64,000 bases of DNA from NCBI GenBank assembly GCA_964012805.1, contig CAXGUD010000020.1, forward strand, positions 12,090-76,089, given 5' to 3'. The stretch is from an uncultured Bacteriovoracaceae bacterium (lineage in GTDB: Bacteria > Bdellovibrionota > Bacteriovoracia > Bacteriovoracales > Bacteriovoracaceae). The notes beneath the pieces are model-generated. The model worked only from the letters and a program-made list of their open reading frames with translations. It ran no database searches and was not told the origin of the DNA. Shown here in pieces: positions 61,391 through 64,000 of this stretch. The position numbers were made by a program, and so were the translations under genes. The stretch's first letter is position 1; every line of letters starts with the position of its first letter.

Positions 61391-62503
61391 TTATACGTTC
61401 TTAACTAATCCAGATTTGACCACAATTTTTTTTGTACCCTCGATCTTCTCCAACTCATCTTTGAACGCTTCATTAGCTGTGGTAATCAGAGTTTGAAACT
61501 TGCCTCTTCCCAGATATTGAACAAGGTTCTCCCAGCGGGATTTATCTAGCTCCCCAGAAACGTCGTCCATTAAAACGATAGGAAAAGAGCCTATTTTATA
61601 CCTGAAGAGCTCTATATACGCAAATAACAGGCTTAAATAACTCATTTTTTGCTGCCCTAACGAGCAGAACTCTACTGAGTTCAAACCGTCAAATAGAAGC
61701 AAGTAGTCATCCTTGTGAGGCCCATAAGTAGTAAACCTAGCCCCAAAATCTTTGACTGAGTTTTCCACAAGCAAGGATTTAAATTTTTCAGAATTCCCGG
61801 AAGATATGTTTGTTTCTAAGTGCAGAGAAACATTGTGATTTTTAGAAAAGATATCTTTAAATATTCTTTCGTAGTAAGGTGTTATCTCTTGCAAAAAACA
61901 TTCTCGACTAAGAGTTAATGCCTGAGAGACTTTAACAAATTCACTATCAATGGCTTTTAATTGTTCCCTTGCATATCTTTGTCTGTCCTCTAAAAGGGCA
62001 TTTCTAAACTTAAGTAATGTATGGTAGCGCCTTAGACTCGCTGAATATTCCTTATCTAACTGACCTAGATGAAAGTCAAACCACCTTCTTCTTTCGCTTG
62101 CCTTACTATAAAAGTTTGAAGCATCGAAAGGGTTAATAAACACAAGAGGTATTTTAGGTCTTTTTTTAAAAGGTTTCCCATTTTGAAAAAGCTCAAAAGA
62201 ATTTGGTGTCAACTTAGCAGAATACGAAACGTTTTCACCTCTCTCTCTTACTAACGAAGAAAAAATAATTTCAGGTTCTTCACCATCAACACTTAAAAAT
62301 TGTGGAAAACCTGTCTTTTTCCTGAAAGATTTTTTTGTGGATAAGACATGAATCGCTTCTAAAATATTTGTTTTACCGTTACCATTTTCCCCCAAGATAC
62401 AATTGATCTTTGGACCAAATTCTATGGGCATTTCTAATAAATTTCTGAAGTTCTTAACTCTTAAACTTACAATTTCTAGAGGAAGCATAATTTTTGAGAG
62501 CAC
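61391..62503 (-). CDS. recF: DNA replication/repair protein RecF
   Basis: NFRN, GENGNGKTNILEA, SLGQQK and MDDVSGELD. Confidence 0.95.
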   Translation of the reverse strand: MLSKIMLPLEIVSLRVKNFRNLLEMPIEFGPKINCILGENGNGKTNILEAIHVLSTKKSFRKKTGFPQFLSVDGEEPEIIFSSLVRERGENVSYSAKLTPNSFELFQNGKPFKKRPKIPLVFINPFDASNFYSKASERRRWFDFHLGQLDKEYSASLRRYHTLLKFRNALLEDRQRYAREQLKAIDSEFVKVSQALTLSRECFLQEITPYYERIFKDIFSKNHNVSLHLETNISSGNSEKFKSLLVENSVKDFGARFTTYGPHKDDYLLLFDGLNSVEFCSLGQQKMSYLSLLFAYIELFRYKIGSFPIVLMDDVSGELDKSRWENLVQYLGRGKFQTLITTANEAFKDELEKIEGTKKIVVKSGLVKNV

Positions 62504-62505
62504 TC

Positions 62506-63621
62506 TTAAAGCTTAAGAGGCATAATAATTCCAAGGTACCCCGACAACTTCTCAGATTTGATAAGTACAGGACTCAACTCATTATTTAATTCTAAAGAAA
62601 CATTTCCTTCAGATATTACAGACAGTGTGTCTGACAAGTACTTTGCATTAAAACCTATCTCCATTTCATTTCCACTATACTCAACTTGAACTTTCTCTCT
62701 TGCCTCCCCTAATGAAGGGTGGTTTGCAGTGATTGTCATCTCGTCTTTTTTCAAGTGCAGTCTAACCCCATTAGACTTTTCATTTGACATAATTTTAATT
62801 CTTTTAACAGCTGTAAAGAAAAGGTCTTTACTAGCAATAAGCTTGTGGGTTGTCTTAGGAGGAATAACAGCTTCATACTTAGGATATTCTCTCGCAATCA
62901 GGCGTACTGATAAAAAATATTTATTTTCAGCATTTACATACATGAACGTATCGTCCAAAGAGATTTCAACAGAACTTTCTGGAAAGCTTTCCGTTAGTTT
63001 TTTTAGCTCATTAATACTCTTTTTAGGGATTATAACTCCACTCATTAATGACTTTACTTTAGGATTTTGAACTTCTGTATCGAGAAGGGAAAGTCTATGA
63101 CCATCAGTTGCAACAGCCCTAATAATAGAATCGACCTCCTGAAGAAAGATTCCGTTCAGATTCAGCCTTGTCTCATCAAGAGACATCGCATGAGAAGTTC
63201 GATTTATGATTTCTAGAATCTGCTTTGAGTTTAAAGTAAAGGCTGATGCCGCATTCCCAAAAGCAAGCTTTGGGAAATCATCAGTTTTGAATACTAAAAG
63301 AGAATAATGGATAGTTCGACATCTCAAAGAAAGCATGTTTTTGCCTTCGATGATTTCTAGCAAGATTTCGTCTTGAGGAAGCTCTCTAACAATATCAGAT
63401 ATATTTTTCGCATTTACACAAAACTGGCCTTCACTCTCCACATTTGCGTTTGATGAGACTCTGGCTGATACTTCCAGGTCTGTTGCTGAAAAAGTCAATT
63501 GACCATCATTAGTGGATATAAGTATGTACGTTAAAATTGGTCTCGTGTTTTTTTTATCTACAACTGACAAAACCTTATTTAACGAGTCTTTTAAATGCTG
63601 TGTAAGAATCTTTACTCTCAT
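62506..63621 (-). CDS. dnaN: DNA polymerase III beta clamp
   Basis: ATDLE, VATDGHRL, GFNAKYL and IMPLK. Confidence 0.97.
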   Translation of the reverse strand: MRVKILTQHLKDSLNKVLSVVDKKNTRPILTYILISTNDGQLTFSATDLEVSARVSSNANVESEGQFCVNAKNISDIVRELPQDEILLEIIEGKNMLSLRCRTIHYSLLVFKTDDFPKLAFGNAASAFTLNSKQILEIINRTSHAMSLDETRLNLNGIFLQEVDSIIRAVATDGHRLSLLDTEVQNPKVKSLMSGVIIPKKSINELKKLTESFPESSVEISLDDTFMYVNAENKYFLSVRLIAREYPKYEAVIPPKTTHKLIASKDLFFTAVKRIKIMSNEKSNGVRLHLKKDEMTITANHPSLGEAREKVQVEYSGNEMEIGFNAKYLSDTLSVISEGNVSLELNNELSPVLIKSEKLSGYLGIIMPLKL

Positions 63622-63675
63622 AGAAGCCTCATTATGAATGCTGTTCTGCTAAGTTTTATCCTTTACTTCTGATAA

Positions 63676-64000
63676 AATCAATACTTTGTGGAAAAGGAGT
63701 TTTTATAAAATATTTATTCTAGGTATTATTAATAATAAGAATAAATATATATATAGTGTGGGAAAGTGGAAAACCGATAAAAGGGTAGTAAAATCAACGT
63801 TTTCTTAGTTTTTGCCTTGTGAAGGATTGTTGATAAAAATTTAAAAACCTCTGCTGAGCTTCGTATATTATTATCTTTTCCACAAGTTGCTTGTTCTAAT
63901 CCACAAAGAATTCACAGGTTATTCACAAAGATTGATCTGTATCCTTCATTCCTTCAGGTGTATAGTGATTTACCCTTTTTTATCCACAAGATTGTTCACA
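63676..64000. other. Chromosomal replication origin oriC (partial; continues past the window)
   Basis: DnaA boxes: TTATCCACA 63980-63988, TTATTCACA 63919-63927, TAATCCACA 63897-63905, TTTTCCACA 63876-63884, TTGTTCACA 63992-64000; reverse TGTGGAAAA 63687-63695 and TGTTGATAA 63828-63836. AT-rich tract at about 63700-63755; upstream of dnaN. Confidence 0.88.

Overview
This is a gene-dense, AT-rich bacterial core-genome segment next to the replication origin. Gene content and order (dnaX-ybaB-recR-mglB-mglA, split nuo and atp operons, oriC upstream of dnaN) suggest a predatory Bdellovibrionota of the Bacteriovorax/Halobacteriovorax type; this is inferred, not searched. Most genes lie on the minus strand, pointing away from a DnaA-box cluster at the right edge. 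Right to left: oriC, dnaN-recF-gyrB-gyrA, a TPR lipoprotein, atpZ/I-atpB-atpE, ribE-ribBA-ribH, a plus-strand mfd-PPIase-surA-pdxA-uvrA-trmH block, nuo membrane-arm genes, a GYF-TM-TPR protein, serS, four tRNAs, a PilZ-like membrane protein, tadA, SRP RNA, dnaX to mglA, a hydrolase, and a dcw cluster (rsmH to ftsZ) lacking mraZ, murG and ddl. The strongest candidate for an undescribed system is a canonical nuoA-H-J-K-L-M-N set followed directly by a second, intact, same-order but extremely diverged A'-H'-J'-K'-L'-M'-N' set. That second set has lost most proton-pumping and quinone-site residues and may have its own promoter. Other notable signals are an A10G slippery site with immediate out-of-frame stops in dnaX, a MurD with an altered active site, a natural GyrA D87G-equivalent, and a divergent MglB that keeps its C-terminal helix. 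No mobile element or CRISPR array was seen. All calls come from reading sequence and motifs by eye.
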